Source of the DNA: Zootoca vivipara
Taxonomy: Eukaryota
DNA length: 64,000 nt
Direction of reading: 5' to 3'
NCBI RefSeq assembly: GCF_963506605.1
Contig: NC_083277.1
Location: 48,608,001 to 48,672,000, forward strand
The notes under the pieces were generated by a model. That model did not search any database. It saw nothing but the letters and a program-made list of their open reading frames with translations, and was not told the DNA's origin. The stretch's first letter is position 1. Every line of letters starts with the position of its first letter. This document shows, piece after piece, positions 26,680 through 38,105 of the stretch. The position numbers and the translations under genes are program-made.

Positions 26680-26717
26680 GTATGAGCTTTCGTGTGCATG
26701 CACACTTCTTCTGATAC
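26680..26717 (-). ncRNA. Hammerhead motif with mutated core (CAGAAGA), probably inactive
   Basis: Reverse complement reads GTATCAGAAGAAGTGTGCATGCACACGAAAGCTCATAC. Confidence 0.6.
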
Positions 26718-26750
26718 ACTGAAACAGAAGTCACCAGACCCTTATATATA

Positions 26751-26840
26751 CATAGCTGCCAAGTTATCCCTTTTTTACAGGGATTTTCCCTTATGCTGAA
26801 TAGACTTCCTCGCGAGAAAAGTGAAAACTTGGCAGCTATG
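26751..26840. mobile_element. 90-bp hAT MITE nested in the Penelope pseudo-LTR
   Basis: Same TIR and internal sequence as 16767-16855, opposite orientation; inserted in a (TA)n run. Confidence 0.88.
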
Positions 26841-27024
26841 TATATAGTGAGAGAGTGGGGAGGGGTATTTACTCAGAAGGGTGGTGGGAATGAGTGATTG
26901 GCTGATAGGTGTGGTAAAGCTGTTGACGACTGTTAACGACTGCAATTGGGTGAGATGGCTAAAAGCAAGGGGTGAGATGGCTAAAAGCAAGGGGTGAGAT
27001 GGCTAAAAATAGCTTTATCATGCT

Positions 27025-27735
27025 CTGGGAGGAAGACCTTTCATTGCCTACAGACAGCCACCCAATCTTAAACAACTCCTCATCCACAATAATACAACCA
27101 CCAGACTTAACATGGACACTCGTACCAGAGCCTGCAATAAACCCAGATGCCAACTTTGCTGCCACATACACCCGGACAACACTGGCCCCAACAACATCAA
27201 ACATACCATCTCAGGACTATTAAATTGCTCATCTTCTAACATTGTGTATGCCATCAAATGCCAACAGTGCCCTTCAGCTCTCTATATTGGACAAACAGGC
27301 CCAATCCTACGCCAAAGGATAAATGGACATAAATCTGACATCAGAAATCACAAGACAGAGAAACCAGTAGGAGAACACTTCAACCTCTCAGGACATTCTA
27401 TACAAGATCTCAAAGTAGCTGTCTTATTACAAAAGAATTTCAGAAATAGACTGATAAGAGAAGTTGCTGAATTGCAACTTATTACCAAACTCAGGGCCGT
27501 CTTAAGCATATCTGGTGCCGTGGTGCGAAGATCCCTCCGGCACCCCCCCCGTTTCCCAGCGCGGCTGTCTGGCGGGCGCAGTGCGCAGTGCAGCTGCCAC
27601 GGACGCAGCAATGCGGCGCCCCCCTGGCGCCCTGCGCCACCCAGCCTTGCCGTAGGGCCGGCCCTGACCAAACTTAAAACCATGGAGAGACCTGGTCTGA
27701 ATAAAGACATTAGATTCTTATCTCATTATACATGA
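27025..27735 (+). pseudogene. Penelope linker Zn-finger plus GIY-YIG endonuclease remnant
   Basis: LGGRPFIAYRQPPNLKQLL...CNKPRCQLC...NIVYAIKCQQCPSALYIGQTG...RINGHKSDI...HFN...E...GLN; no RT domain; interrupted by a MITE. Confidence 0.88.
27492..27666 (+). mobile_element. GC-rich hAT MITE (CAGGGCCG family) nested in the Penelope ORF
   Basis: TIR CAGGGCCG; perfect TSD ACCAAACT. Confidence 0.92.
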
Positions 27736-27878
27736 TAAAGCTATTTTTAGCCATCTCACCCCTTGCTTTTTTACCACACCTATCAGCCAATCTCCCATTC
27801 CCATCACTCTTCTGAATAATACACCTCCCCACCCTCTCACTATACTGCATAAAAGGGTCTTGTGACTTCTGTTTCAGT

Positions 27879-27916
27879 GTATCTGAAGAAGTGTGCATGC
27901 ACACGAAAGCTCATAC
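27879..27916 (+). ncRNA. Minimal type I hammerhead ribozyme motif
   Basis: GTAT-CTGAAGA-A-GTGTGC-AT-GCACAC-GAA-AGCT-C-ATAC: stem I, CUGANGA core, stem II, GAAA, palindromic stem III, UC cleavage site. Confidence 0.75.
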
Positions 27917-28645
27917 CAATGGCAAACTTAGTTGGTCTCTAAGGTGCTACTGGAAGGAATTTTTTTTATTTATTTGCAGTATATTTAGAACAATTCTGAT
28001 TATTTAAGTAGAACTTTAAAAAAAGCTTTGATGGTGTAGCTAATGCTAGCAAGCAGCTAATACTTTCTACAATTAACTATTCACATTTCCCTTCCAAAAA
28101 GGAACAGCTGAGGTTGGCACACCTTACAGATAATTTCAGTGCATTCTCCTTGGGATCATGTCTTGCGCTGAATTTTATTTGGAGATTCACAAGTGAGCCC
28201 TAAGGTGTTTTCATTCTTTCCCTTCGTATGCAGTGGATTCTGCATTCCTATGGTTGGATTGCTGCATAGCCCTTATGTTGGTTCAAAACCAGTCTATACG
28301 ATGTTTTCCTACTCTCAATTTTAGTGAAAACAAACAACAGGCAGAGGGCAGAGTTTATTTGTTGTTGGTTCTCCGTACATAATGGAAATCCTTGAAGGCC
28401 AGTCCAGATTTAAAATACTGTAAGTCCCACTGATTTCTACAGAAGCATTAATCATATATCTGTACTTGAATGTCTTACATTGGAATCAATGGGTTCAAAA
28501 GCAGGGTGGTCCAGCACGTGGTCCAATGGTGACATGCGGCCCTCAAGGCCTATCTTGGTGGCCCTCAGCAACATCTGATGCTCCCTGCAGCCCTTGCACT
28601 GGTAAGCAAGGTGCTGGGCTTTGGGAAGGAGGTATGAGGGCTCTG

Positions 28646-28788
28646 GGGTGGCACTGTAGGTTAAACCACAGCTTGGTGATCAGAAGGCTGGCAGTTCGAA
28701 TCCCTGTGACGGGGTGAGCTCCCATTGCTCGGTCCCTGCTCCTGCCAACCTAGCAGTTCGAAAGCATGTCAAAGTGTCCCTTTACCTT
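28646..28788 (+). mobile_element. Internally deleted Sauria SINE
   Basis: tRNA-like head with GTTCGAATCC, CCTTTACCTTTA tail, 13-bp TSD TATGAGGGCTCTG. Confidence 0.85.
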
Positions 28789-30191
28789 TATGAGGGCTCT
28801 GAGAACGTCCTAAAGGCCTCCTGTCTCCTTCCCCAAGTCTAGTTAGCACTTTCCCAGCTTTGGAAAGGAGATAGGAGGGCTCTAGGACTCTGCCAGAGGC
28901 TTGCAGCTCCTACTCAAAGCTTAGCCAGCTTTGGGAAGGCAGTGTGAAGGGCTTGGGGTGTGTGTGTGTGTGTCAAATATTACCCTTGCTCTGTCTCCCA
29001 CAAGGTTGTGTGCAGCCCTTGGGTTCTGTGTGCTCTTGCAGCCCATTTGGTATGAAAAGTTGGACTGCCCTGGTTTAAAAGCATTTAACTTCACCTGGAT
29101 TTAACTTCATCTGGATTCTCCCAACACCCTTTCTTTCTTTAATATACATGCGTTTAGGGTATAACCCTATACATAGTTTACCTTGGAATAAGTCCCATTC
29201 TGAACAGATATGTCTAAGACAGATATGTTAGTAGACATGGAGAGGAATCTCATTTTAAGTGGTTTAACCTAATTTATACCTCCTGAACTAATTCACTGCC
29301 CTAATTCACATGTAATTTTCCTTAGGATTTTGCACTTCTCTGAATTTTGCAATAAAATTCTTGGCTCAAAAACAGTACAAGAACGTGCAAAAGCTTTCAC
29401 AATTTTAGGGTAAAATATGTTTAGAGATGTGTATGTTGATATAAAATATGAATTTAAAGATACATTTAAAACAACAACAACACCTAGAGTTTAACATGGC
29501 ATTAGGAAGGATTTTTCAACTAACAAATGCAATACAGAGATGCAGCAATCCTATACCCACTTCAATGGGAGTATGCCCCACTGAATTAATGAACACTGGG
29601 ATAGAGAATGGGTACTTTTTCTTTGAAGATGACAATATCTTAAATCAGAGGAATTTTTACTAGACTCTCTAACTCTGCCTCTTTTTGGAGTCTTCCACAG
29701 TATTTCTGAACATTACTTGGCCAGCTTTGGTAGAATGGACTTGCATAATATTTTTTCTAATCCCTTTTACTCTTTTTCATTGGTGCCCTTTCCCTACACT
29801 CTAGAAATTCACACGGAAAATTACTGAATGCATTTTTCAAAAAGGGATTATTTTGTGCTTTCTCTGGAGGAGGACAGTTGCCTTTGGTTGTTATGGTGCA
29901 ATAATTATGAATGAACTAATTAGCATAATAAATTAGCCTGTGAATAAATGCATTTAATTCCAACTTGGAAATCAGAACTGCAATGGGAAACATATACCCC
30001 AGCATATAACTAAATGACCAGTTGCTTTGATTATTCCAGTCCTAATTAAACTTTGTTCTTTAAAAGTATTAATGCTTTGGTTTGCACCTCCCAATTTTTG
30101 GTCTATGCAATGCTTCTCCTCATGTCTCATGTTCTCTCTTTGTGGTGCAATACAAATATATAATCTATTAGAAGTGGGGAAGACTGAATGA

Positions 30192-30687
30192 TGGTCCATG
30201 GGGGTCACGAAGAGTCGGGCATGACTAAACGACTAAACAACAACAAGTTGGTGGGGCCACCAGTGCATTCTGTGGCAGTGAGTTCCATAGTTTAACTATG
30301 TGGTGCATGAAGAATTGCTTCCTTTTGTCTGTCTTGAATATTTCCACATTCAGCTTCACTAAATGTCCACAAGTTCTAGTGTTATGAGAGAGGAGGGGAA
30401 AGAAAGGTTTTATATACTTTCTCTATGCTATGAACTTCTGTCATGTCTCCTCTCACTTTTTCTATAACTAAAAAGTCTCAAATGCTGTAACCTTTCCTCA
30501 TAGGGGAGTTTCCCCACCCCCTTATCCTTTTGGCTGCCTTTTCTGAACCCTTTCCAACTCTACAATAACCTTTTTTTGAGGTGAGGCAACCAAAACTGTA
30601 CACAGTATTCCAAATGTGGCTGCATCGTAGATTTTACATAATGAAATTATGATATCAGCAGTTTTATTTTCAACTCCTTTGCTAATG
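30192..30687 (+). repeat. 496-bp duplicate of 37220-37715, flanked by an 88-bp direct repeat (30109-30196 / 30684-30771)
   Basis: Compared by eye; no differences seen; constant offset of 7028. Confidence 0.92.
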
Positions 30688-31355
30688 CTTCTCCTCATGT
30701 CTCATGTTCTCTCTTTGTGGTGCAATACAAATATATAATCTATTAGAAGTGGGGAAGACTGAATGATGGTCATTCCAGGCTTGTGGATTGGGATCAATCA
30801 ATCAATCAATCAATAATATTTATACCCCACCCATCTGACTGGGTTTTGCCAGCCACTCTGGGCAGCTTGTAGCATATATAAAACATAGTAAAATATGTTT
30901 CAGTATACTTCCCACCCTGGAATTCTGTGATTCTAGATAGGGATTTTCTGAATATCTTGGCACTGAGCTTACTTGGACAGATTTCCCCCCAATTCTGTCA
31001 TTTTTTATCAGTTCCTCTAAAAGTACAGACTCTTCTTGTATATTATATGCATTATATAGATATTATACTCCAGGTTTCTCAAAGTAATCAGCACATAAAC
31101 AGATAACTGCACCAATGCATAGAACTGCATAAAATACTTATCTTGATTCTTTTATACATATTAAATGTATAATAAATGTACACATCTGTTTTGTATATAA
31201 TCTTGTGTATAATTAATTCAACATTTTAAAAAAGAGGACTCAGCAATACATGAGTGGCTTGGTCATACTTGAGACAAGACGTGGTCAGATGCAGGCCAGG
31301 GTCAATTGGGTTAGAACTGCCAAATTCAGGGTATAAATCTGTTTAAAATTGATTC

Positions 31356-31495
31356 NNNNNNNNNNNNNNNNNNNNNNNNNNNNNNNNNNNNNNNNNNNNN
31401 NNNNNNNNNNNNNNNNNNNNNNNNNNNNNNNNNNNNNNNNNNNNNNNNNNNNNNNNNNNNNNNNNNNNNNNNNNNNNNNNNNNNNNNNNNNNNNN
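31356..31495. other. Assembly gap (140 N)
   Basis: Run of N. Confidence 1.
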
Positions 31496-32706
31496 CCTTT
31501 GTGGTTTGTGCCTTATCATGCAATATTTATCCAAATTTCTAGTATAGTATAATAATATTCCCTCAATAGTTACACACTGATCCTACTGAAAGACAAGCAG
31601 TATTTGTCAATTGATCACACTGTATATCAATCTAGCATATTAAAATATCAAAAACAAAATCCAGTGAAAAACCAGATTTTTTAAAAATAATTTCATAAAC
31701 TATTTGCAATTAATCATTAGCCAGGAATGTCACATAGCAATGTTATGTTCATACTAAGGATGATTTTTCATAAGTTTCTGGGCTTTGAGAAAACTAATCA
31801 GCATTCCTAATTTTTATGAACTATTCGTGTTTGTGCAATGAGGGGCAACATGACTGCCTATAATTGCTATTCCAGCTGCAATTAACCATATGTAGATGCT
31901 TTCCCATGGAAATGTTTTGTGCTAAGACTTAATTAGGCTCCCTGATTAAATGGCAATTAAGGATACCATACCATTTCTTGCATTCCACCTTAAAGCAACT
32001 TTCCAAAATAAAGCAAATGGGATATCATGAAGAAATTAAAGGACAGTCTAGAGTTAGCAACATATAAACCATAAGCACAGTGTTTCCTTCTATGTTGAGA
32101 AGTCCTTGGTGACAGAGCAAGGACTAATTCAGAAGATACTGGGTCAGAAGAGAGTGATAGCATCGTTGGCATCCATTGCCAAGATGAGGGTGGAGTCCAT
32201 GGTAATCGTCTCTATAGCTAAGATCTTGCCCTGAGTTATTTAGCTCCTAATTTCTAAGCTATATGGAAAAATATCCCGATTCATGGTAAAAAGCATGGGG
32301 TGTTTTGTTTTGTTTTTTGTCATGCGTTTGGGTGGGAAATATTGCATTGGGAGTATGAGAAGAAGTAGAATTAAGTAGCTCAGAGATACCTTACATTTCT
32401 CCCATCCCAGGGCATGTCAGCAATAAATGGGTTTTGAGCACCTCATTTTCCCAGCAGTCAGTCAGTTTCAAGTGTATGTACCTGGTGTTGGCCTCCTAAG
32501 ACCATTGTGCTTGGAGGTATTATCAAGCATAGGTTACTTCTTGACAATTGGTAGAACCTTGGCATTTTAGATTCACCTTTGGTAGTAGTGGGTTTATGGA
32601 GTCAGTTGGGCATCATGCTCCTGGAATGAACATCACAATGGAACATTCTGAGGGATATTCTGGTTTGTTTGTTTTTTAAATGCTTTCACTTGCCCAGTTC
32701 CCAATA

Positions 32707-32948
32707 CAGTCATACCTCATGTTGCATCCGTCGCGGGTTGCATTTTCTCATGATACGAACGCAGCGGACCCAGAAGTGTTTACTTCCAGGTTTCGTCGTG
32801 CTCTCATGTATTCTGTGCGCTTCGCACATGCGCAGTAACGCTCTAACGCACTTTTGCGCATTTGCGAAAGTGCCGCTCGGGTTGCGGATTTTTCGGAGTG
32901 TGAACGGCACCCCAGAATGGATCGGGTCCGCAACCCGAGGTACCACGG
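32707..32948. mobile_element. Tc1/mariner-superfamily (Tigger/pogo-like) MITE
   Basis: TA|CAGTCATACCTC ... GAGGTACCACGG|TA; CpG-rich interior. Confidence 0.75.
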
Positions 32949-34207
32949 TAATGCTCCTTGAAACTGTCCATTTGCTGCAATGCAGTGCTATTCCAGGGGT
33001 ATTATGAAAGTACTTTATTGCTCTGTTGTCGTTTCATTGTGGATCAGTACCGTTTCCCAACCTGAGCTTTGACTGGGCTTCCGTATAGTATAATTCAAAG
33101 AAATTTCACAAAGCTTGAACCTTGTGACTAGTCCTTTGACCTAACATTCTTTTGCCCAACAGTACAGTATGTGATGCTTACAGCAACACAACTGCACAAT
33201 CCATTGTGTTCTGCCAGCTATGGGGGACTGATGCTGGCCTATGTGTCAGTGCACAAGCTGATGTTGATAAACCAAACCATAAAAGGTCACAATTTGCCCC
33301 ATGTCCAAACCTGGAACTACAAATAAATAAATGAATAAATGCTCTCCATTCTGATCCTACAAACCTGCCATACATTAAAAGTTTGGGGCTTTAAAAGGGC
33401 ACTGGGGGGGGGGGGGAATGCTGCCGTGGCTGGTCATGGATTTTGCGATTTTTTCCACCTACAAAAACATTCACTGGAGCTCAATAGCCCGAGGTGGACT
33501 AATTTTAGATGTACTTTCTCCCACCAAAGGTAAGCTTCTTTAGCAAGCAGCTTAATCTTCTAAATGTAAAACCAGAGAAAATTTTGGAACCTCCATCACT
33601 GAAGATTTTTAAGAAAGCTGGGTGAGTGTCTTTCATGGTTATGTTGGAAGGTGAAACGTTAGTTGCTAGAGGGGGGCAGAGGATTATCTAAGGATGTAAG
33701 CATTAATAGGTTATTAACCTATCAGAGTTTAAATCTGTTGAATTATGAAAGTGGTTTACTGTTGCTGCTGTTGATATTTTTGTTTTATAAATGCTTTCAG
33801 TATTTATTTTTTTAAATATGAAACTCTTTGTCATCCAGCTTTGGACTTTTGCCCGTAACACTTTGGTTCATGAAATGCTAATGTTTATATGATTTTTTTT
33901 CTCTATAGCACAATGAATTTGTGTCTATGTTTTTAAATGTAAGACACCTTTTAGATAAAAAGTGACTAACACATTTAATAAATAAAAATGTTTCATGTTT
34001 TTAGGTGAACTGTAGCATATATGCTGTCTATCAAATACCTTTAGCTTTGTTTCCCCTGTTATGACAGCTAAATAACTTTCATGGTAGATGTTTACAATAT
34101 ATATTATTATTTATTATTTACTAAATTTGTTAGTTGTTTTTTCTTGCCCAGGGCAACCCAAAGCAACTTACAAACAATCAAACAAATATACAGACAAAAA
34201 ACACAAA

Positions 34208-34240
<33 letters not shown>

Positions 34241-34256
34241 ACACCACATAGATATA

Positions 34257-34673
34257 CAGTGGTACCTCGGTTTATGAACACAATTGGTTCCGGAAGTCTG
34301 TTCATAAACTGAAGCGTTCATAAACTGAAGCGAACTTTCCCATTGAAAGTAATGGAAAGTGGATTAATCCGTTCCAAACGGTCCGCGGAGTAACCGTTCA
34401 TAAACTGAAGCGAACTTTTCCATTGAAAGTAATGGAAAGTGGATTAATCCGTTTCAGACGGGTCCGTGAAGTACTTAAACTGAAGCGTTCATAAACTGAA
34501 ACATGGGTGTAATTGGTTCCGGAAGTCTGTTCATAAACTGAAGCGTTCATAAACTGAAGCGAACTTTCCCATTAAAAGTAATGGAAAGTGAATTAATCCG
34601 TTCCAGATGGGTCCGCGGCGTTCATAAACCGAAAATTCATAAACCGAGGTGTTCATAAACCGAGGTTCCACTG
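34257..34673. mobile_element. Tigger/pogo-like MITE with internal tandem repeats
   Basis: TA TSD; TIR CAGTGG(T/A)ACCTCGGTTTATGAACAC; repeated GTTCATAAACTGAAGC units. Confidence 0.88.
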
Positions 34674-34915
34674 TATTAAAACCAAGAGGAAAGAGAAAAT
34701 GCATTAAAAACATCCCACCCACTTCTAAAAGGCCCCAGATAGTTAAAAGGCCAAAGGCCTGGCTACAGAGGAAAGCTTTTGCCTGGAGTCTAAACAAATC
34801 TAATGATGGTGCCAGGCAAGCCTCCCTGGTTAGAGCATTGCACAAGCGGGGAGCCACTGCAGAAAAGGCCTGTTCTTGTGTGGCCACCCTCCGGACCTCT
34901 ACAAATGACATTTCA
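34674..34915 (-). mobile_element. L2-like 3' fragment
   Basis: QAFSAVAPRLCNAL...LFRLQAK resembles the L2 ORF2 C-terminus. Confidence 0.6.
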
Positions 34916-34935
34916 GGGTTATGTGAAAGGCCTTC

Positions 34936-35118
34936 CAGGGCCGGCTACGGCCAGGCTGGGTGGCGCGGGGCGCCAGGGCACCAGCCCGCCAGGGGGGGTG
35001 CCACACAGTTGTGCGCACGGCAGCCGTGCTGCGCCCGCCCACCGGGAAACGGGGCAGGTGCCGGAGGGATCCATCGCACCACGGCGCCAGGGCACCAGAT
35101 CTGCTTAAGACGGCCCTG
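34936..35118 (-). mobile_element. GC-rich hAT MITE (CAGGGCCG family)
   Basis: TIR CAGGGCCG; perfect TSD AGGCCTTC. Confidence 0.92.
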
Positions 35119-35956
35119 AGGCCTTCTACAGATGGAACTCAAGGGTTTACACATTTCCTTCTATTTTCAGTCTTTAGGCATCTTTTCTCATACACAAAAT
35201 GGCACAGGGCAGGTATCAGTCAGTTTGGAGAAATCCCGACATTTGCAAAAATCCAAAAATTAATGGAGGAGAGTCTTCAAAAACAGAGGGATACAAATGT
35301 AACTTGCTGAGGGTTCTGGGAATTGTAGCTCTGTAGGGGGGAAAACTAGCTCTCGGGATTCTTGGCGGGGGAGGGGGGAGTCATGTGCTCTAAGTGTACA
35401 CTGAATGTGCTTTAAATGTATGGTGAGGAACTGCCCATAGTTGTTATCTATGCTAGTTGCGACTTGCATTCCCGTTCTCTTCTAGTCTTCTCTGACTTTG
35501 CATGACTTTCTTCTTTTCATAGGTGAAGAATTCTCTTTCTCTGTAGAGAGCTGCATACTACAGAGGCATAATCCAGCAGGGGGTGTGTAGCTGCAGTGGC
35601 TGGGGCTGGATTAAAGCTTGTGGTAGGTGGGGTCAGAGATAAATGTTGTCAGGGTCCTTTCTTTCTGGTTCTGTCTGTCTTTCCTCTCTGTTGTGGGAGG
35701 GACATATCACTTGCCATATAGGTCTGAACTGATGACTTGCAGAGGGCTTCCCACCTCCTCCCTCCTATGTTTCATCTGTTTTGACTCTTCTTCATTTGTC
35801 TTATTCCACGCTTCTTTCCCTCCAGGTACCCTGCCAACAGCATGAAATTAGGCCAAAGCCAAATCTTGGGAACAATAGTTTGTTAAGGATGCTTAACATC
35901 ACAGGTGTACAATTTACTTTCCACACTAATGATGGTTTATGCCCAAATTAAGAAAT

Positions 35957-36046
35957 GAATTATGGTGCTGGAGGAGACTTTTGAGAGTCCCATGGACTGC
36001 AAGAAGATCAAACCTATCCATTCTGAAGGAAATCAGCCCTGAGTGC
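35957..36046 (+). mobile_element. Internal BovB fragment
   Basis: Near-identical to 199-289. Confidence 0.85.
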
Positions 36047-36631
36047 TGCTCAGCCATATTAAGTTTCTGTGGGCACGTCTGAAATGGGCAGTAAAAGCCA
36101 TTCTGGGTCCACCCACTCTCTCTCTTTTGGGTTGGAGTAGAATGACCTCCTCCAGGACTTAGTGAAGCGGAATTGGTTTGTTATATCCATCCATTGCCTA
36201 CAACCATATAATTACCTTTCAGATTTCTGTATGAATTGCATTCTTCTTCTGGCTTTCAAACCTGTGATTACCCTAGAGTTACAACTCACTTTTTAAAGAC
36301 AAACTGCTATTGGTTTGCTTTTAAAAGAAAAAGCTTTATTGTAGCTTGAAGACAGTTCCTCTTTGGCTAATAAGAGGTTATTTTCTTTAAATTGCCTGGC
36401 CCTGCATACATGTCACTAAGAATAAGCAGACGTAGCTTCCTTTAGCAGTAGGTGCACTGCAGCCAGATAAGTAGTCAAATCCATTTTCACTACAGCAGTA
36501 AAGACCCAATGTGTTATGGCACCTGTATATTAACACATTAGCACCCAATAATATTAAGGCAACATCAGCATGCACAAATTTATTTCAGATGGTAACAAGC
36601 GTTTAGCAAAGCTAAATTGGTCTAAGAATTT

Positions 36632-38105
36632 GAGAAGAGCCAGCTGGATCAGGCCAGTGGCCCATCTAGTCCAACAACATCCTGTTCTAACAGTGGCCAA
36701 GCTGATGCCTGTGGGAAACCCCCAAGCAGGGCCTGGGCACAACAGCACTGCAGTGTCTGGCAACTGCCTGTGATTGTGAAGGCAGATCATAGCCATCATG
36801 TATAACAGAGATAGCATTTGTCTAATCCTCTTTTAAAGCCATCTAAGTTGGAAGTGAGAGCTGGACCATAAAGAAGGCTGGTCGCTGAAGAATAGATGCT
36901 TTTGAATTATGGTGCTGGAGGAGACTCCTGAGAGTCCCATGGACTCCAAGAAGATCAAACCTATCCATTCTGAAGGAAATCAGCCCTGAGTGCTCACTGG
37001 AAGGACAGATCCTGAAGCTGAGGCTCCAATACTTTGGCCACCTCATGAGAAAAGAAGACTCCCTGGAAAAGACCCTGCTGTTGGGAAAGATGCAGGGCAG
37101 AAGGAGAAGGGGATGACAGAGGACGAGATGGTTGGACGGTGTTCTCGAAGCTACCGGTAGCTACTTGAGTCTGACTAAACTGTGGGAGGCAGTGGAAGAC
37201 AGGAGTGCCTGGCGTGCTCTGGTCCATGGGGGTCACGAAGAGTCGGGCATGACTAAACGACTAAACAACAACAAGTTGGTGGGGCCACCAGTGCATTCTG
37301 TGGCAGTGAGTTCCATAGTTTAACTATGTGGTGCATGAAGAATTGCTTCCTTTTGTCTGTCTTGAATATTTCCACATTCAGCTTCACTAAATGTCCACAA
37401 GTTCTAGTGTTATGAGAGAGGAGGGGAAAGAAAGGTTTTATATACTTTCTCTATGCTATGAACTTCTGTCATGTCTCCTCTCACTTTTTCTATAACTAAA
37501 AAGTCTCAAATGCTGTAACCTTTCCTCATAGGGGAGTTTCCCCACCCCCTTATCCTTTTGGCTGCCTTTTCTGAACCCTTTCCAACTCTACAATAACCTT
37601 TTTTTGAGGTGAGGCAACCAAAACTGTACACAGTATTCCAAATGTGGCTGCATCGTAGATTTTACATAATGAAATTATGATATCAGCAGTTTTATTTTCA
37701 ACTCCTTTGCTAATGATTTCTAGCATGGAATTTCTCTCTTTCACAGCTGCTGCACACAGGGGGGGGGGTATCTTCATCAAACTACCCACTATAACCCCAA
37801 TACTTCATCCGTGGTCAGTCACAGCTAGTTTAGACCCCATGATTGTAATTGTGTAATTCAGATTATTTTTGCACGACATGCATCACTTTACATTTCAACT
37901 GATTTGGCATTTTATTGCTCATTCAACTGAATCTGAAGAGGTTCTTTACAAGCCCTTCACAATATCTGTGAGCAATTTAATATCACCAGCAAACTTGGCC
38001 ACTTCACTGCTCATCCCTAACTTTGGAGTGTTTATAAACAATTTTAAAAACACAGGCTCCTTAGGGGACTCCACTTTCTACACCTCTCCATTCAGAGAAC
38101 TGTCC
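36632..38105 (-). mobile_element. CR1 LINE 3' portion, split by the BovB insertion (boundaries approximate)
   Basis: Degraded CR1 ORF2 motifs (CAAAVKERNSMLEII..., ELERVQKR); AAGAATTTGAGAAGAGCC-type 3' end. Confidence 0.75.
36852..37272 (+). mobile_element. RTE-BovB 3' end inserted into a CR1
   Basis: Matches 147-555; (CAA)n tail; TSD AAGTTGG. Confidence 0.9.

Larger units (their letters stand above)
26583..27975 (+). mobile_element. Penelope-like retroelement (probably Neptune-type), 5'-truncated, with inverted pseudo-LTR (26583-27022 minus; 27023-27975 plus)
   Basis: GIY-YIG endonuclease frame; 26583-27022 is the reverse complement of the 3' region starting at 27731; hammerhead motifs in both arms. 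Confidence 0.9.

Noticed and set aside
26568-27985. Possible TSD around the Penelope insertion (TATTTCCAGTAT / TATTTGCAGTAT)
   Set aside because: Imperfect and in AT-rich sequence; not claimed as a TSD.
34290-34665. Regularly repeated units resembling a CRISPR array
   Set aside because: The spacers are themselves repeated, the array sits within TIRs and a TA TSD, the context is eukaryotic, and there are no cas genes.
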